From positions 4,074,616-4,138,615 of the forward strand of contig OZ245843.1 in assembly GCA_965228875.1 (NCBI GenBank): a stretch of 64,000 bases of DNA, read 5' to 3'. The position numbers and the translations under genes are program-made. The notes beneath the pieces were generated by a model, which had not been told where the DNA came from, made no database searches, and worked only from the letters and a program-made list of their open reading frames with translations. Origin of the DNA: Thalassobaculaceae bacterium (GTDB taxonomy: Bacteria; Pseudomonadota; Alphaproteobacteria; Thalassobaculales; Thalassobaculaceae). Below, piece by piece: positions 62,188 through 64,000 of this stretch. Each line of letters opens with the position of its first letter. Positions within the stretch are counted from its first letter, which is position 1.

Positions 62188-63627
62188 ATGACCACCGACC
62201 GGATGCTGAAGTTCGTCGGAACCGAAAAGCGGATGCCGTCCAAGCGTGCCGCCGACGAGCGCCGGACCGATTTCGGCGAAATCTACGACGAGTTCGACCC
62301 GGCCGGGGCGGCCGAGCAGGCCAGCCGCTGCTCCCAGTGCGGCGTGCCGTTCTGTCAGGTGCACTGTCCCTTGCACAACAACATCCCGGACTGGCTGATG
62401 CTGACGGCCGAGGGGCGCCTGGAGGAGGCTTACGAGATCTCCTCGGCGACCAACAACTTCCCGGAGATCTGCGGCCGGATCTGCCCCCAGGACCGGCTTT
62501 GCGAAGGCAATTGCGTCATCGAGAAGGGTTTCCAGTCGGTCACCATCGGCTCGGTGGAGAAGTACATCACGGAGACCGCGTTCGAGAACGGTTGGGTGAA
62601 GCCGACCGCGCCGACGGTCGAGCGCGATCAGTCGATCGGCGTCATCGGCGGCGGCCCCGGCGGCCTGGCGGCAGCGGAGCAGCTGCGCAAGCGCGGCTAT
62701 CAGGTGCATGTCTACGACCGCTACGACCGCATGGGCGGCCTCCTCATCTACGGAATTCCCAACTTCAAGCTGGAGAAGGACGTCGTCGAGCGCCGCACCG
62801 CGTTACTGGCCGACGGCGGCGTGACCTATCACGCGAACATCGAGGTCGGCCGGGACGTGTCGCTGGACGAACTGCGCGAGCGTCACGACGCGGTGCTGAT
62901 CGCCACCGGCGTCTACAAGGCGCGCGACATGCAGTGTCCGGGTGTCGGACTGGACGGCATCTATCCGGCGCTGGACTATCTCACCGCCTCCAACCGCAAG
63001 GGGCTCGGCGACGCGGTGCCGGAGTTCGATGACGGCACGCTCGACGCCAAGGGCAAGCGGGTCGTGGTGATCGGCGGCGGCGACACCGCCATGGACTGCG
63101 TGCGCACCGCCGTCCGTCAGGGCGCGGCGCAGGTGACCTGCGTCTATCGCCGCGACAAGGCGAACATGCCCGGCTCCCAGCGCGAGGTGGCCAACGCCGA
63201 GGAGGAGGGGGTGACGTTCGAGTGGCTGGCCGCGCCGGAAGCCTTCGTCGGCGACGACGCGGTCGACGGGGTTCGCTGCCAGCGCATCCATCTCGGCGTG
63301 CCCGACGCCACCGGCCGGCAGACGCCGCAGCCGATCGATGGCTCCGCCTTCACCATCGACTGCGACATGGCGATCAAGGCGCTGGGCTTCGACCCCGAGG
63401 ACCTGCCGACGCTGTTCGGCGCGGAGGACCTCAAGGTTTCGCGCTGGGGGACGGTGAGCATCGACTTCAAGACGATGATGACGGCCCTGGACGGCGTGTT
63501 CGCCGCTGGCGACATCGTGCGCGGCGCCTCGCTCGTCGTCTGGGCGGTGCGCGACGGCCGCGACGCCGCCGACCGCATCCACGCCTATCTGTCGGCCAAG
63601 GCCGACGCGGCGCGGACCGCGGCCTGA
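62188..63627 (+). CDS. gltD: Glutamate synthase small subunit
   Basis: RCSQCGVPFC, GRICPQDRLCE, GGGPGG, GGGDTAMD, GASLVVWA. Confidence 0.95.
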   Translation: MTTDRMLKFVGTEKRMPSKRAADERRTDFGEIYDEFDPAGAAEQASRCSQCGVPFCQVHCPLHNNIPDWLMLTAEGRLEEAYEISSATNNFPEICGRICPQDRLCEGNCVIEKGFQSVTIGSVEKYITETAFENGWVKPTAPTVERDQSIGVIGGGPGGLAAAEQLRKRGYQVHVYDRYDRMGGLLIYGIPNFKLEKDVVERRTALLADGGVTYHANIEVGRDVSLDELRERHDAVLIATGVYKARDMQCPGVGLDGIYPALDYLTASNRKGLGDAVPEFDDGTLDAKGKRVVVIGGGDTAMDCVRTAVRQGAAQVTCVYRRDKANMPGSQREVANAEEEGVTFEWLAAPEAFVGDDAVDGVRCQRIHLGVPDATGRQTPQPIDGSAFTIDCDMAIKALGFDPEDLPTLFGAEDLKVSRWGTVSIDFKTMMTALDGVFAAGDIVRGASLVVWAVRDGRDAADRIHAYLSAKADAARTAA

Positions 63628-63668
63628 TCCCTTCTCCTGACCCCGTTTCTGACCCGAGGAGGCCAGAC

Positions 63669-64000
63669 ATGTCGGACACCCCGATCCTGAACGGTGAGAC
63701 GTTTGCGCGCGAGTGGCGGGAGAACGCGGCCAGGCTGCAGGCGGCGCACGCCTACGATCCGGCGCTCGAGCACGAGTCCTGCGGCGTCGGTTTCGTCGCC
63801 GCCATCGACGGCAAGCCGCGGCGCGACGTGGTCACCTCGGCGATCCAGGCGCTCAAGGCGATTTGGCACCGCGGCGCGGTCGACGCGGACGGAAAGACCG
63901 GCGACGGCGCCGGCATCCACATCGAGATCCCGGAGGACTTCTTCCGCGAGGAGGTCGCCAACACCGGCCACAAGCTGCTGGACGGGCGGATCGGCGTGGG
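63669..64000 (+). CDS. gltB: Glutamate synthase large subunit (5' part, runs off window)
   Basis: Manual translation: ...EHESCGVGF...HRGAVDADGKTGDGAG. Confidence 0.95.
   Translation, partial: MSDTPILNGETFAREWRENAARLQAAHAYDPALEHESCGVGFVAAIDGKPRRDVVTSAIQALKAIWHRGAVDADGKTGDGAGIHIEIPEDFFREEVANTGHKLLDGRIGV

Noticed and set aside
62188..64000. gltD before gltB as unusual
   Set aside because: This order is known in Azospirillum and other alphaproteobacteria.

Overview
High-GC alphaproteobacterial chromosome segment. The 16S sequence and the gltD-gltB order suggest Rhodospirillales, possibly Thalassobaculum-like, but this is unverified. In order, the window holds: tRNA-Leu(CAA); an orphan doubly membrane-anchored coiled-coil gene; leuA with a Leu-rich leader peptide; several catabolic and transport clusters; a complete rRNA operon (16S, tRNA-Ala, tRNA-Ile, 23S, 5S, tRNA-fMet); a ~5.6 kb integrase-less islet (TRAP transporter, dehydrogenase, NIPSNAP, FadR) bounded by a direct repeat of the tRNA-fMet 3' end; a ~12 kb organophosphate-scavenging region; a PotABCD-like system; a divergent aroQ; uppP; gltD; and the start of gltB. 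The scavenging region contains a ugp-like ABC system with a GlpR-type regulator, an agrocinopine (AccA-E)-like ABC system, a phosphodiesterase and candidate Pho boxes. The most interesting items are the acc-like sugar-phosphodiester system, the tRNA-fMet islet with a possible split-recombinase tail, and an AroQ with altered substrate-binding residues. All family assignments come from motif recognition by eye, with no database searches.
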